A stretch of 55,472 bases of DNA from contig JBNGIO010006162.1 of the NCBI GenBank assembly GCA_049999805.1, forward strand, positions 192,110 to 247,581, written 5' to 3'. This stretch comes from Folioceros fuciformis. Its lineage: Eukaryota. Both the position numbers and the translations under genes were made by a program. How positions within the stretch are numbered: the stretch's first letter is position 1; every line of letters begins with the position of its first letter. Shown one piece after another: positions 37,926 through 50,159 of this stretch. The notes below the pieces were generated by a model. It was not told where the DNA came from. It saw nothing but the letters and a program-made list of their open reading frames with translations, and made no database searches.

Positions 37926-39716
37926 ATAGGAAATGAAAGTTATTGCAGTAATGCTCATGGCTTACATTTTATCTGTACGCAATACATTTTTCGAGATTTC
38001 CTCAGTCTAAGTTATGTTTCTGGACGGAAAAAATTAATCTCAGACTTTCCTTCACGTGCGCTCCGAACAATCCCGTTCAGGGGAATGGGCTGTACAAAAG
38101 ACATTGCACCAGAATACCTCCACTACAGACAGTCCATATTCTTTCGCCACCATCCACGGTAAAAATCAGTTACCACACGAAAAACACACTTGGTGGAACA
38201 ATTAGGAGTGTTTCCCAATCCATTCCACCTACTCACCTGCCGATAAAAAAGAAACCGAAGAAGCGGGTACAGATCACGATCAGCTAATCGGCCTCACACG
38301 GGTGCCGCAGATGACGAAGAAGTGCCGAAGGACAGTTCTACGGATGCGACTGTCACACAGATTCATCACACAGCACCCATTCGCAAAAGTAACAGAGCCT
38401 CGCTGCGACTTCACAGAACCGTTGATCCTCGCAGGCAAACAAGGACACACTGTCTGGCTGCAGTTGTGACTTGAGCTGGATAAGGGGCCCAGAATACCTG
38501 GCGACCCTCCCACGGCATGGCTTGCATCAGCAGGCTCCAGTGGCAACATACGAGCACTATGTGTGGGGCAAGCGCACTCTGTTCAGTCTCAACTTTCACC
38601 ATGCTCACGAAGTACGTTCGTCTACCATAATCCACATACTGCAAAAGTTGTAACCAACAACCTAACAAAATCTACGTAACAGAACAAGTACCGTGAGCAC
38701 ACCTGCCGGGTTAGAAGATAGCAGGCTGATCAGTCAGCTTAGCAACGTTCAAATTGACATCAAAGCAGTGTCTAATCTACAAGGGAAGCTTTGCAAGCAG
38801 ACAAGAGCAAAATGCAGCAAAACGAGGTCACGAGGCAAGGTGTTAGCACTTTAAGTGGTGTCCAGATCAGCCGTGAGAACGAGCTCTGAGAGTTATGAAC
38901 AGCAGGATCCAGGGCCGGATGTCACTTACCTCACACTAAAGGAGCCCCAAGGCAGATCCATCATCCTCATCCAAGTGCCCAAAGCAGTAAGATAGTTCAC
39001 AAATTACTGCACAGACAAACTTCCCCTTCTTGGCATAGCCCTCCGGATTTACCAACACGATAGTAGAACTATGAAGGCAACACAGGTAGCAGCCTGCTTC
39101 CATCTCAAACGCCAGATGCCAAAAAAAACAGCCGAATGCAGACAGACAGGGAAATTCTGGTCCGGAGATAGAGTTCACTGAGTCCCCAAGGCCTTTGAAG
39201 AACACAAAACCCTCTTGGTATCGGTCAGTCTAGGTTCGAGATCTTCCACTATACAGCCTTGAGAAACATTCCCACCAGTCACAGAAGCCTTTGAAACAAA
39301 ACGGTACCCAAGGGAAGATTTGTGTGAATAGCTCCTCAGAACCATCAGTCTTCTATCTTGCTCAAGAGAACACCAAGCATAAAGAATTCATATATATCCA
39401 TCCCAGAATGCAAAAAATGAAATGCTCCCTCCAAGTACTCTTTCAGATCCCAGCCATTAGTTGTCCCTTCGAGCTATTTCACGAATTGTAATCTCATACA
39501 CGTAGCCATTAGAGTTATCTGTCGTCCAGAACAATAGAGTGCCATATCAGAGAGACCTGATGACTGAGCCTCCACGTCCAAAATTGTGACAGTTTCACAA
39601 GGTCATTAGCAAACCAGCAGCTGCTGAAACTGGGAGTATAAACATTCACATAGAAAACTCTAAAAATGTGCGCGCAGCGAAAACTGATCACCACATCAGA
39701 CAAGCATGGTGCCTCT

Positions 39717-40750
39717 TCAGTATCGGTCATCATAAGAAGAACGGCTTCCTCCACCAGTCGTAGCACTTGGACGGTCATAGGGACCAGAGCGGTCCCGGTG
39801 GCTTCCTCCCTCGTACCGGGAGGGGCCTCCACCACTGTAACGATCACTGCTTCCTCCACCACGGCCTCCTCCATCTCGGGCTGAGCTTGAGCGGCCGCCA
39901 CCACCACTGCCATAGCGGTCACCACCGTTGTGCCGATCTGAAGACCGCTCACTGCGCTCACTTCCATAGCGGCTGCCACCATAGCTTCCACTGCCGCTAC
40001 CATAGCGGTCACTGCCACCATAGCGATCACTGCGGCTGCTCCCGTAGCGGTCACCAGAGTATCTGCCCCCACTGCCACCGCCTCCGCTGGATGGACACTC
40101 CCGAGCCCAATGGCCTGGCTGTCCACATTTGAAGCAGTCACCACTCCCCCCACTTCCGCCTCCTCCACCACCATAGCTCTTACCACCACCATTGTAACCA
40201 CCTCCTCCACCATAACCCCGATCGCCTCCACCACCACCTCCAGTTTTGGGTTGAGCCTTGTTCACAGTAATGGGACGGCCATCCAAATCCTTGCCATGCA
40301 TACGCTCAATAGCCTCATCCATAGCACGCTCATCCCCAAAGGTCACAAAGCCAAATCCCCGCGAGCGCCCAGTGTCTCTGTCTACCACAACCTGTCGAAG
40401 GCAGCAAGAATTCAGTAATCACAGCACATATTACTCAAGGGTCAGATGGATGACCAAAAATAACCGCGACCATAGAGCGGGACAACAACACCGGACCAGA
40501 GACCGACCTCCCCTTCTGTGGAGAGAAACAAGTCGGAGCCGACGAGAAATACTTACGGACAGTATTCCCGCCGGCTACGATGCTTTACAATGAACGAACA
40601 AAGTAATGAAAAAAATCACGAGCCAAAGACGGACACCACCTTGGCTTCAGAGACAGTTCCGTAAGGCCGAAAAGCATCTTCCAGCGCTCTGTCATTGGTA
40701 TCCCATGACAATCCGCCAACAAAGCAGCGGAACTCCTCCGTGGCCGCCAT
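39717..40750 (-). CDS. RZ1: Glycine-rich RNA-binding protein RZ-1 type (RRM + CCHC zinc knuckle + Gly/Arg/Asp tail), 261 aa
   Basis: Exons 40750-40640 and 40391-39717. RNP2 CFVGGL, RNP1 RGFGFVTF, knuckle [14 protein letters not shown] and C-terminal RSGPYDR. A likely 5'-UTR intron lies at ~41298-40761 (CAG|GTGAGC...TTTTGCAG). Confidence 0.95.
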
Positions 40751-41669
40751 CGAATCCAGCCTGCAAAAAGATATCCGCAACTAGGGCATTGTGTAGTAAC
40801 AAACGAAGCAACCACCTCAATGAGTAACAACACTACTTCCAAAACCCCACAGCAAGCAACCTAAACAGAAAAACAAAAGAGCAACGTCACCCCTTAAGAA
40901 AGGGAGCAAACTGACAGCAAACACAAACGCCGAGTGCGGCAACGTACCAAATCAAGCCCTGAAACACAGCCAGACACGAAAAAGACTCTCCAACCGCTAC
41001 ACCAAACCAGGCACAACAAGGCGCACCAGCAGCACAAACACAACCTAGCCTTAACCTCAGCACTCAAACCCGTGACATCACACCCTGAGCGGCCACAAGA
41101 ACCTTGTCAACCACACCACCATAAGAATACACACATAACCTACGGCAAACCACAGATCAACACCGGACCTAACCCTGCCCCCATGCACCACCTAAGATGC
41201 CAGAAACCCTCACCACCGCGGCGGCCGGCAAAGAAAGAACGGCGCAAACGGATCAAACCCCAGACCCCAGACGGGAAAGGGCGGCTGGGAGTGCTCACCT
41301 GAACAGACTGGATCAAGCTGGCCCGTCGCAGAGCAACACGTGCGTATAGGGCGGGCGAGCAGAGGGTGAAGAAAGCCGCGCGACCGCAAAGACGCAGCCG
41401 ACGGGCTGGGCTAGAGGGCAAGAGCGGTGGCGAGGGCACAGAGAATCGGCGGAGGAAGAAACACTGAACTTTTGTCCTGCAGTCTGAAGCCCTGCCCTGG
41501 GCGCGAGCAGCTCCGGCCCGAACCTCCCTCCGAGCCTCGGGGACGGGCCACGAAGATTTTTTATTTGCGTATCTTATCCTGCGTCTGCTATGGGAACAAA
41601 ATATCCCCCTCCCAGGCTCCGATTCTCGATCGTGAAACGTCCTAATTTCCTCCTCCTCGAACTCCAGCC

Positions 41670-43507
41670 ATGGCTGCAGCGGTGAGCTTCCTCGACTTCT
41701 CGCCTGTGGTCGTGAGCGAATCGATCGTCTCACGTATTTGTGTCGTCTCAAAGTATGTGTGTGTTGCTTTCTTGCAGGGAGCGTGTTGCGCGCGTGTCGG
41801 CTCGGCTTCGTCTTCCCGAGCCAGCGAGACTCCAGCTTCTACGAGCTCGTCGCAGCGATTCTCCGCATTTGCGGGCTTCAATGGCCTCCGAAAGGAAAGC
41901 GGCGCGATTCGAGTCGCGACTACGCGACTCGAATCGACGGCGGCAGGGGCACGGGGAAGGCATCGTGCATTGCATGTGGTGGCCATGGCGGAGGTGGCGG
42001 CCATTCCCGCATTGAATACCCTGCCGTTCGTGAACTACATAAATGGGCAGGGACGGGTGCAGCCGCCGGTGGAGGGGAACACGGCGGCGACTGTTTTTGC
42101 GGTGTATGATCAAAACAAGAAGATTCAATACATCGGGTTTTCCAAGGATGTGAGGAATTCGTTGAGGACGCTGCTGTGCCGGCGCCCGGAGCTCTGCTAT
42201 TTCTACAAGCTGTTCAATCTGCCGGCTCTGGACCAGCAGCACATGCTTAATATCAGGCAGCAGGTGGGTGTTTCGGGTGTTGAGTGGCACAGGTTTGTCG
42301 GGGAATGTTGGTGTTGATCCGAGGGGGTGGTGGCGGTGTGGCAGTGGTTTTCGGAGCTGGGGTTGCCGCCGACTGGGAACAAGGATCCTGTCCAGAGGAG
42401 TATGTGGGAGAAGCCGGCTGATGCTGGATCTATTTCGGAGAGGGGGAAGGCGGCTGCGGGGAAGTCCAAGGCCAAGACTGTGCTGCAGATCCTGGCGGAC
42501 AGGGGGCTGAAGGAGACGGTGAGGCATTGCATTCTGCAGGCTGAGGGAGCTGGCGGTGTGTTGGAAAATGGTGGTCACTTACAGTGTGGATGTGCCGTGT
42601 CTGGTGCAGATGGAGTTCGATCCTGTGCTTTTGGAGCAGGGTCTGGTTGATGTGCTCCCGGTAATGTTGCCCTGTCTGGTGGCTTCCTGTGCTGGAGTCC
42701 AGGTAGCTTGAGGAGGTGGAGGTGATCTGACTTGCTGGAATTGAATACATGGTTGCACCAGGCCAAAGGCCCCACAGCAGAAGAGCTTGCAAGTGCTGCC
42801 GAGGCAGAAGCTGAGCAGGCAGCCAAGAGGCGGCAAGTTTCTTTGACAGCCCCTGATGGCGAGGTCGTCGAGTTCGAGATCGTGTTTGAGGCCAAGTACA
42901 AGACCAATGGGGGTTGGATGTATGACATCCTGGTGAACAAGGACGACAAGGAAACTAGGTGAGTATTGCTTGCCTGGGTCAGTGAGACTGACGTTGCTGG
43001 TGCCCGAGAACGTGAGTAGCATCCATCACTTTGTCTGGATCGTCAATCAAGATGCGTTTTCTGTTTGCATATGGCAGGCATAGAGTGATCTGTGGTCGTA
43101 TTTATCCCGAGTCTGTCAACATTCCCGAGGACTCATTTGTGGAGAAGGTGATGGGCTTTTTGCTGGTAAGGAACATACCTTACTTGTACGTGATATGGAG
43201 ATGGATGTCGCCTTGCGAAGCAGGAAACACTTATCGGCTAATTGCGCCTCTGATGCAGTACAAGAAGATTCAAAGGAGAACTGAAGGTCTTATGACTGGA
43301 GAACAATTTCCCATCAATTATTTTGCTGTGTCAGAAGTTGCCCAAAGACATGACGACTTTAAAGAATGGTTTTCTGGGCAACTTCCGGACAGCTACTGGC
43401 GATTCAATAGGATTCACGCCTACGGTGCAGAGATTGATCCAGCCCCTAATACAGGTCCTACAGATCTCATAACCTATGACCTTGTACCTCAGGCGCAGTC
43501 GTCCTGA
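41670..43507 (+). CDS. Putative plastid protein: GIY-YIG-like domain (GRXS16 N-terminal/cyanobacterial type) plus uncharacterised C-terminal domain, 7 exons
   Basis: Exons 41670-41681, 41778-42263, 42345-42518, 42610-42660, 42762-42958, 43078-43165 and 43259-43507, all with GT-AG introns in consistent phase. Ser/Ala/Arg-rich transit-peptide-like start, then ATVFAVYDQNKKIQYIGFSKDVRNSL...RRPELCYFYK...WFSELGLPPTGN. No CGFS glutaredoxin motif. Confidence 0.85.
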
Positions 43508-43698
43508 TGTTTCTAATTGCTCGAGCCTATTTTGCTCTTTGCGGCCACCCGTCTCGATTAAACCCGATTAGGCAAAGCTTGTAGTTTGGAGTATTGGTGG
43601 ATCAGGACTTTTAAAATTGGGATGGATCCAGTGGCAGTTGTGATCCAGACTGGAGAGTGTCTGAATCCTATTATACATCCCATCCGGTGGGGTTGGAA

Positions 43699-44771
43699 CT
43701 ACTTATGTAAATTTTGGTCTTCCTTGGGCCATACAGTTTTTTCACATGTAGTCTTGCACTGCCTGGCGATAAGCGACAGGCATCGCTTGTACTTGTCAAC
43801 TTGAGTGGTTGGATAGGCCTGATACATGCATGCATACATAAAGAGAACGCTGATCAGCTTGTGCATAGAAGAATAAGGATGGCTAGTAATCTGAAAGAAC
43901 ACTAAATCTAAATATACCCTGTCGCAGGCCTCAGCAGCTGCTACTTGGCATGCCTCCTGGCACATATGAAACTTATCCTCGTTTGATGCGTCTTCTCTGT
44001 TGACAGGAAGAGTAGTTACAAACAAAATCTAGATTTTCAAACAGTGTAAGCCTATCACTCCGAAAGAGTACCTTAATCTTCGGCTTTGGCAGCACTCCAC
44101 ATCCTCCACTTCCAGACAGACATTCACTACCTTCTTAGACGATTGCGCCTACAGGATAGAGGCAACCAAAAGTGGTCAACTTCATGGATCCTGCACAACA
44201 AAGTTGAATGAGTTATTCGCCACATGATGGTCTTGCGGAGCACCTTAGCTTCTGCTTCTGTAGCTCGAAGTTGCTCGACGGTAGGGAGCCTGAACTTCTT
44301 GGCGTAAAATGCTCTCGATACATAGCCGTATTTCCCCCTTGCTGAGAGCAGATTGTTGGACGTCTGTGCACTTACGAGGTAAGCAAGTCAACACTACCAT
44401 TTCGTTTGTCACTCCAGGTTCAAGTAACTGAGATCACGCGCATTCCCATTCCAAAGACGGAAACGAATGCAGTACCTGCCACCTGCTCACAGCGTCTTCA
44501 GTTACGGGTCCGAAAAATCCTGAAGGCTCCTCCGTCAGGTAGCCCTGGCGTTCAACAGCTAACCAACTCAGTCCTTCGTACCCCAAGAGAGAAAAGGCCA
44601 AAAAGAAAGAGGAACTATGAGAGGAAAAGAGACAACCTCATGCCTCAGGTGTTGTTGGAGACAGGCCACATCCCCCCCATAGCTGCCTTGACTAAGGTCT
44701 CGGTAGAAATAGCAGAATTTCCCCTCGCTTCGATCGTCTGTCATTTCTTCCATAAACAGCCACAGTGTGCG
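43699..44771 (-). CDS. Peptidoglycan-binding (PG_binding_1-like) domain protein with Cys-rich C-terminus; N-terminus unresolved
   Basis: Six spliced exons give ...FYRDLSQGSYGGDVACLQQHLRHE|GYLTEEPSGFFGPVTEDAVSRWQ|TSNNLLSARGKYG..., matching the L..GS.G.DV..LQ..L...GY.....G.FG..T..AV..WQ pattern. The tail is VCLEVEDVECCQ...CQEACQVAAAEACDR|AYP...YKRCLSLIARQCKTTC. Stop at 43699-43701. The first visible ATG is at 44753; upstream exons up to ~45445 are possible. Confidence 0.82.
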
Positions 44772-46277
44772 CTACAAGAAATCAGGTCAACACAGCAGAA
44801 TCAGCACCACACCAGCCGGGGCCTTGCGTAGACTGGAGAACAGCGAAGTTTCCGGAGCACTGCTCAAGGGTGAACTACGGGGGGAACGAGTGGAAATTCA
44901 ACGAGCAAACAGGCTAAGTAGCATGAAGCTCACCCGGACAAATACCTTGTTACAAAAGTGTAAAAGAAGCCAACAGGCTTTTGGCTAGATTGACAATCCA
45001 GAGCGGTAACAATTCACGTCCGCCAGCCAAAGACTTGACGTTGCAACGCCAAGACTCCAGCTCACTACGCGCTACACTCTCAGCGAGGAACAAGAAACAA
45101 AAGACCTAATCTGGAATCTCCGCCCAGTGCTCAATTCAAATCTCGCGGACATTCTCCGGCCAGACGCCAGCTGACATTAGGAGAGGAGAAAAATCCTCCT
45201 CCTAAGCCTTCAAACCGCGAGAAATGGCTACACCACTGCACAGCACCGAGCTCGCCTGAATGCGGATGCTTGTCCAAACAGCGACGGATGCCGTTCTTGC
45301 TCCATTCTTCAGCAGGCAGAAAAATACTTTGAGCTCCAGAAAACTCCAAAGAGAAGCGAGTGAAAGCCGTCAACGACACACAACACACGATCTCTTTGAA
45401 CACGGCAAGGAAGCAGCACAGAGCACAGCGAGAGCACGGTAGCATCTGTCACGCACAGTAGAAAAGAGGAGAGCAAACTTTTCTCAAGGAAGCGCTGGGA
45501 GTTTGAAGCGTCTATCTTTTGCCAGTTTTGCCAGCTTTTCCTCCAACGGCTACAAAGTCGCTGGGATTCAATTTTAAATCAAAGGACGTCCTTCCTCCGG
45601 GTCGTCAGCCGGTCACTGGTTACCAGCGTTTGAGGTGTTTTTAGGTGAGCTCATACTAACCGTAAGAGGCCGGCATTACGGCAGAAGGACATACATGTAC
45701 GTATGCATTAATGTCCGTGGAATCTCAGGCATGCGATCGAGTACAGATATGCGTATAAAAAATTAAAGTTTTAATGTGTCTTCTAGACCTTCCGTTTGTC
45801 CGTATGTAGCACAGATAGGTCTCTAGAAGCAAGTCATGCGGGTGTTGGAGCAAGGAAACTGACAGTCTCTTGCACAACACAACACATTCCATCTTCCTCA
45901 ATCTTCGACGATCAACGGCGAGGCATTAGAAAGTGTGCTGTGCGCTGGAAGTCGATCTGTGTTCTTTCAATGGTCGATGAGATTATGTCCGGATGGATAG
46001 AAACCCTACACAACGTCTATCTTCGATGACATCAGTTAAACAACGATGAATCCTGAAGGGCTGGAATCATGGAAACAAGAGAACAAGGGAAAGAGAACGA
46101 TGACATCTCGTGTGCTTTTGTTTGGTGCCCACTGCCCATGGTGTAGTCAAGAATCGATGCAAAGCAGATGTAATTCCTTTCAAAGAGCGTGGAATATACA
46201 AAAACATGGACATGCCTGCAGATTATGGTAGTGGTGAGCTACCATGAGGACAAAAATTGGAAGACGAGAAGCTGCAC

Positions 46278-47087
46278 CTAAGCTCCAGGAGTGAAGTTGG
46301 TGGCATAAGCCCAGGCATTGTTCACACCGGGATCAGCCAAGTGATCAGAGAGGTTCTCAATGGGGCCCTTTCCGGTGACGATGGCCTGGACGAAGAAACC
46401 GAACATGGAGAACATGGCCAGGCGTCCGTTTTTGAGCTCCTTCACCTTCAGCTCAGCGAAGGTGTCGGGGTCGTCGGCCAGACCCAACGGGTCGAAGGAG
46501 CCTCCGGGGTACAGGGGGTCGCTCACCTCGCCCAAGGGTCCTCCAGCAACCCGGTAAGCCTCCACAGCGCCCATGAGGATCACCTGGGAAGCCCAGATTG
46601 CCAGAATGCTCTGAGCGTGAACCAGGCTCGGGTTCCCCAGATAATCCAGCCCGCCCTGAGCGAAGATCTGAGACCCAGCCTTGAACCACACGGACTCGCC
46701 GAAGGTGACTCCGCTCCTGGCCAGAATCTCGGGGGTGATGCAACCCAGAGCTCCCAGCATCGCCCACCGGGCATGAATCACCTCCAGCTCCCGGTTCCTG
46801 GCGAATGTCTCGGGATCGGCAGATAGTCCGGCGGTGTCCCAGCCGTAGTCGCCTGGAAACTCTCCCTTCAGGTACGATGGAGTCTCGACGGAGAAGGGTC
46901 CCAGCCACAGAGGCCGGTCGGCACCGTACCAGACGCTGGAGCTGGACTTGGCAGCCGCTCGCGACTTTCTCATCTGGAGCTTGGACTCGCTGCTGCCCGC
47001 GGCATCCAGGATCTCGCTGCGCTGCTTGAAGACGGTTTGCCCTGCCAGGGCAGCGCTGGAGACGCATGCAGTGGCGGTGGCGGCCAT
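46278..47087 (-). CDS. Lhcb: Major LHCII chlorophyll a/b-binding protein (Lhcb1/2-type), intronless, 269 aa
   Basis: Transit peptide, then MRKS...[63 protein letters not shown] and [13 protein letters not shown]. Confidence 0.98.
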   Translation of the reverse strand: MAATATACVSSAALAGQTVFKQRSEILDAAGSSESKLQMRKSRAAAKSSSSVWYGADRPLWLGPFSVETPSYLKGEFPGDYGWDTAGLSADPETFARNRELEVIHARWAMLGALGCITPEILARSGVTFGESVWFKAGSQIFAQGGLDYLGNPSLVHAQSILAIWASQVILMGAVEAYRVAGGPLGEVSDPLYPGGSFDPLGLADDPDTFAELKVKELKNGRLAMFSMFGFFVQAIVTGKGPIENLSDHLADPGVNNAWAYATNFTPGA

Positions 47088-47179
47088 AGCTCTGGAGGGT
47101 GACGTTCCGGTCTGTGGCTTTAAGAAGGAACAGGGAGCAGGGACTGGAAGACGCCGGAGCCGGGAGTTGGCTTGTGCTG

Positions 47180-47330
47180 GATGCTTTGTAGGATGGCTCG
47201 CCGATGTGAGCCACGCGGCAGTAACGGAGGCTTGCTGCTGTGTCGAGCGTCTCATTGGCTGATCAATTTGCAGCTGATGAGGATTGGCGCCCGTTAAGCA
47301 GCATTCTCCGCACACCAAACGCTTATCTCG
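47180..47330 (-). promoter_or_regulatory. Lhcb promoter elements: G-box-like CCGCGTGGC, CCAAT box, GATAAG I-box
   Basis: GAGCCACGCGGCA (47208), CTCATTGGCT (47251) and CTTATC (47322). The same motifs occur in the same order upstream of the second Lhcb gene. Confidence 0.6.
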
Positions 47331-48356
47331 GGCTGGAACTTCTCTGTCCTTTGATCCGTGGAGCAGTAAGAGGAGACAGTGGTAAATCAGCGTTTTGTCG
47401 CTCTTGGTCGTCTCCAGGTCGGCATGATGTGTTCAGTGGACTGACACATGATTCGTAGCGTGCATTGGGATTGCAATGGATTGCGGAAGCTACGTTCTCG
47501 GGCGACGTGCGGGGTCCATCCTTACCAGCCTACGAGCGGCCAGGCTTTCAAGAGGTTGAGGTTTCCTTGTTGGGTCAGCAGACCTGCAGCTTTCTGGTGG
47601 TCCTTGCGAGTTCCACACTCTGGTTGCTGGAACTGGGACCGCGAGACGCGAGCATGCCGAGTGCAGATCCTCATTCCTCACTTTTAGTACATGTGCTGCC
47701 TAAAGTGTAGGCTTCGAGGACGACTTGCAGTGGTCTCTTCGAGCTGTGTGTGTGCAACTGGGCCGTCAATGATGGACGGGTCAAGGGGTTGTGAGAGAGC
47801 CTGTGCGTGGTTACAGAATTCATCTCTCACTCCCACATTTTAGCAACATCAGGAGATTCATGGATGATCGACAAAGAATTCAAGGATGTGCTGTCACAGT
47901 AGTCTTGATGGCACTGCGTTTCGAGCAACGAGCATTCAACAAGTCTTGAGCCAAGATTTCAGCACTGCAGTCATTCAACAAGTGTCGTGACAGAATTCAG
48001 CATTGCATTGTCTGAAGGAAGCTGAGGAAAATGCCACGGGGCTGGGGTCTTAAAGAGTGGTATCAGAGTTCGTGCAGCTCGCACGAGTTCTCTGTTGCCA
48101 GAGAAGTTTGATCAGGAAGCAGTATCACCAGCGAAGGTCCTCGACACAATTCTTTGGGGAGGACATTCACATCATTCTGTCCACGAACGTGCTTCTCTTG
48201 TTTGAACAAAGGGTACTACAGAGGACATTGCACAGAACACAGCCCAGCAAGTTTCCATTAAATGATCACGTAATGTACAACTGGCATCTCTAGATCATGG
48301 TGGTCTGCTGCCAGGAGAACGAGCTGAATCTGGAGAACAACAGAGAAGGACTAGAC

Positions 48357-49160
48357 TTAAGCACCGGGGGTGAAGTTGGTGGCATATGCCCACGCGTTGT
48401 TGACTGTGGGATCCGCCAGGTGGTCGGAAAGGTTCTCGATGGGGCCCTTTCCGGTGACAATGGCCTGGACATAAAACCCAAACATGGAGAACATGGCCAG
48501 CCGCCCATTCTTGAGCTCCTTCACCTTGAGCTCAGCGAAGGTGTCGGGATCGTCAGCCAAGCCCAAGGGGTCGAACGAGCCTCCAGGGTAGAGGGGATCG
48601 CTCACCTCTCCCAAGGGTCCTCCTGCCACACGGTAAGCCTCCACGGCTCCCATGAGGATCACCTGGCTAGCCCAAATGGCCAGAATGCTCTGAGCGTGAA
48701 CCAGGCTCGGGTTGCCCAAGTAATCCAGCCCGCCCTCGGCGAAAATCTGAGATCCAGCCTTGAACCACACGGACTCCCCGAACGAAACTCCGTTCCTGGC
48801 CAGCAGCTCGGGGGTGACGCAACCCAATGTTCCCAGCATCGCCCATCGAGCGTGGATCACCTCCAGCTCCCGGTTCCTGGCGAAGGTCTCAGGATCGGCG
48901 GACAATCCGGCAGTGTCCCAGCCGTAGTCGCCTGGGAACTCTCCCTTCAGGTAAGAGGGGGTCTCGCCGGAGAAGGGTCCCAGCCACAGCGGCCTGTCGG
49001 CCCCGTACCAGATGGAGCTGGAGCTGGAGCCGGCCGACTTCCTCATCTGGAGCTTAGACTCAGCGTTGCCAGCGGCATTCAGGATCTCGCTTCGCTGCCT
49101 AAAGACAGTCTGCCCTGCGAGGGCAGAGCTGGAAGCACATGCTGTAGCTGTGGCAGCCAT
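48357..49160 (-). CDS. Lhcb: Major LHCII chlorophyll a/b-binding protein, intronless, 267 aa
   Basis: Complete ORF with the same LHCII motifs as the copy at 46278-47087. Confidence 0.98.
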   Translation of the reverse strand: MAATATACASSSALAGQTVFRQRSEILNAAGNAESKLQMRKSAGSSSSSIWYGADRPLWLGPFSGETPSYLKGEFPGDYGWDTAGLSADPETFARNRELEVIHARWAMLGTLGCVTPELLARNGVSFGESVWFKAGSQIFAEGGLDYLGNPSLVHAQSILAIWASQVILMGAVEAYRVAGGPLGEVSDPLYPGGSFDPLGLADDPDTFAELKVKELKNGRLAMFSMFGFYVQAIVTGKGPIENLSDHLADPTVNNAWAYATNFTPGA

Positions 49161-49249
49161 GGCTCTGCAGCTTGACTTCGCAAATTCGAAAAGACAAGCA
49201 GCAATGGCAAAGGAAAGCGGGGAAAGCAGGCGTAGAGAAAACAGGCTAT

Positions 49250-49380
49250 GCTGGATGCTTTGTAGGCTGGGTCGCCGAGGTGAGCCACGCGGCAGGGAAC
49301 CAAGGTTGCTCCTCTCTCCACCACCTCATTGGCTGCTCAATCTGGAGTTGATGAGATGGGCGCCCTCTCTTATCAGCGTT
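49250..49380 (-). promoter_or_regulatory. Lhcb promoter elements conserved with the neighbouring copy
   Basis: GCTGGATGCTTTGTAGG, GAGCCACGCGGCA (~49282), CTCATTGGCT (~49325) and CTTATC (~49369). Confidence 0.6.
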
Positions 49381-50159
49381 CAGCGCTGCAGCGAATATCT
49401 CGCATTGTGTTATCCATTGATCTGACGTACATCAACGGTAGACGGAGGTAAGTCCTGTAGTCTCGTTGCTCTTGTTGGCCTCATCCGGCTCGGTTATGGA
49501 AAAATGTGGGCCAGCAGACCTGCAGCTTCCTACTGACCCGGCAAGTTCGGTGCCATTTGTTTCCCATGTCTGGATCTGACTCAGGACAGATTCTCTCCTC
49601 AAGCATGTGCTGTCCAAATGGTAGGCCCCAAGACAACTTGTGGTGCACACAGCAGCTAGGGAGTTCGAACAAAGAGGACAGTAGAGTGCCTGAATGATTC
49701 ATAGCTGGCATAGAGTTCTCCAACGTCAGAACGTTGTAACAGTACAAGAGCCATCTCTTCACTTGAGGGTTGCAAGGTTAAGGCTAGATCTTTGATCTTT
49801 AAACTTCAATCTACTGCCTCCACGGTCAACTTGAGTGAAGAAGTGCTTTCACCGTGAACAGTTGAACTCATGACGAGTATCAGAACCAGTAGCTACTGAC
49901 ATGATCCCTCAGGGTCAACTTTCAGCAACTCACAATGCAGCGAAACAGTGACATCAGGAAGGATGGCTCGAGACAGAAAAGAATCAAGGAACCTGACCTT
50001 CCTTTCCGATGTGTGTTTTCTTGTTGCACACAATGGTGAGGAACAAGATGGCAAAGAACACGATCGAGCAGATTTCTTTTCCATGAACACGTAATGTACA
50101 TTTGGCAGCACTGCTAAGTGTGGTAGGCAGCGAGAAGATACAACAGAAATGCCCGACAC

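Noticed and set aside
2356-43917. Several stop-free 3n introns (2356-2445, 41682-41777, 43166-43258, 43819-43917) as a regulated intron-retention signal
   Set aside because: With dozens of ~90-nt, fairly GC-rich introns in the window, a handful of in-frame stop-free cases is expected by chance.
47088-47318. 77-aa N-terminal extension of the first Lhcb ORF (346 aa)
   Set aside because: It covers the promoter and 5' UTR (CCAAT and G-box-like motifs). The paralogues start at the MAA Met equivalent to 47087.
48058-48068. PBS-like TGGTATCAGAG between Lhcb genes
   Set aside because: It is not preceded by an LTR-end CA, lacks the following C, and has no retroelement sequence nearby, so it is probably chance.
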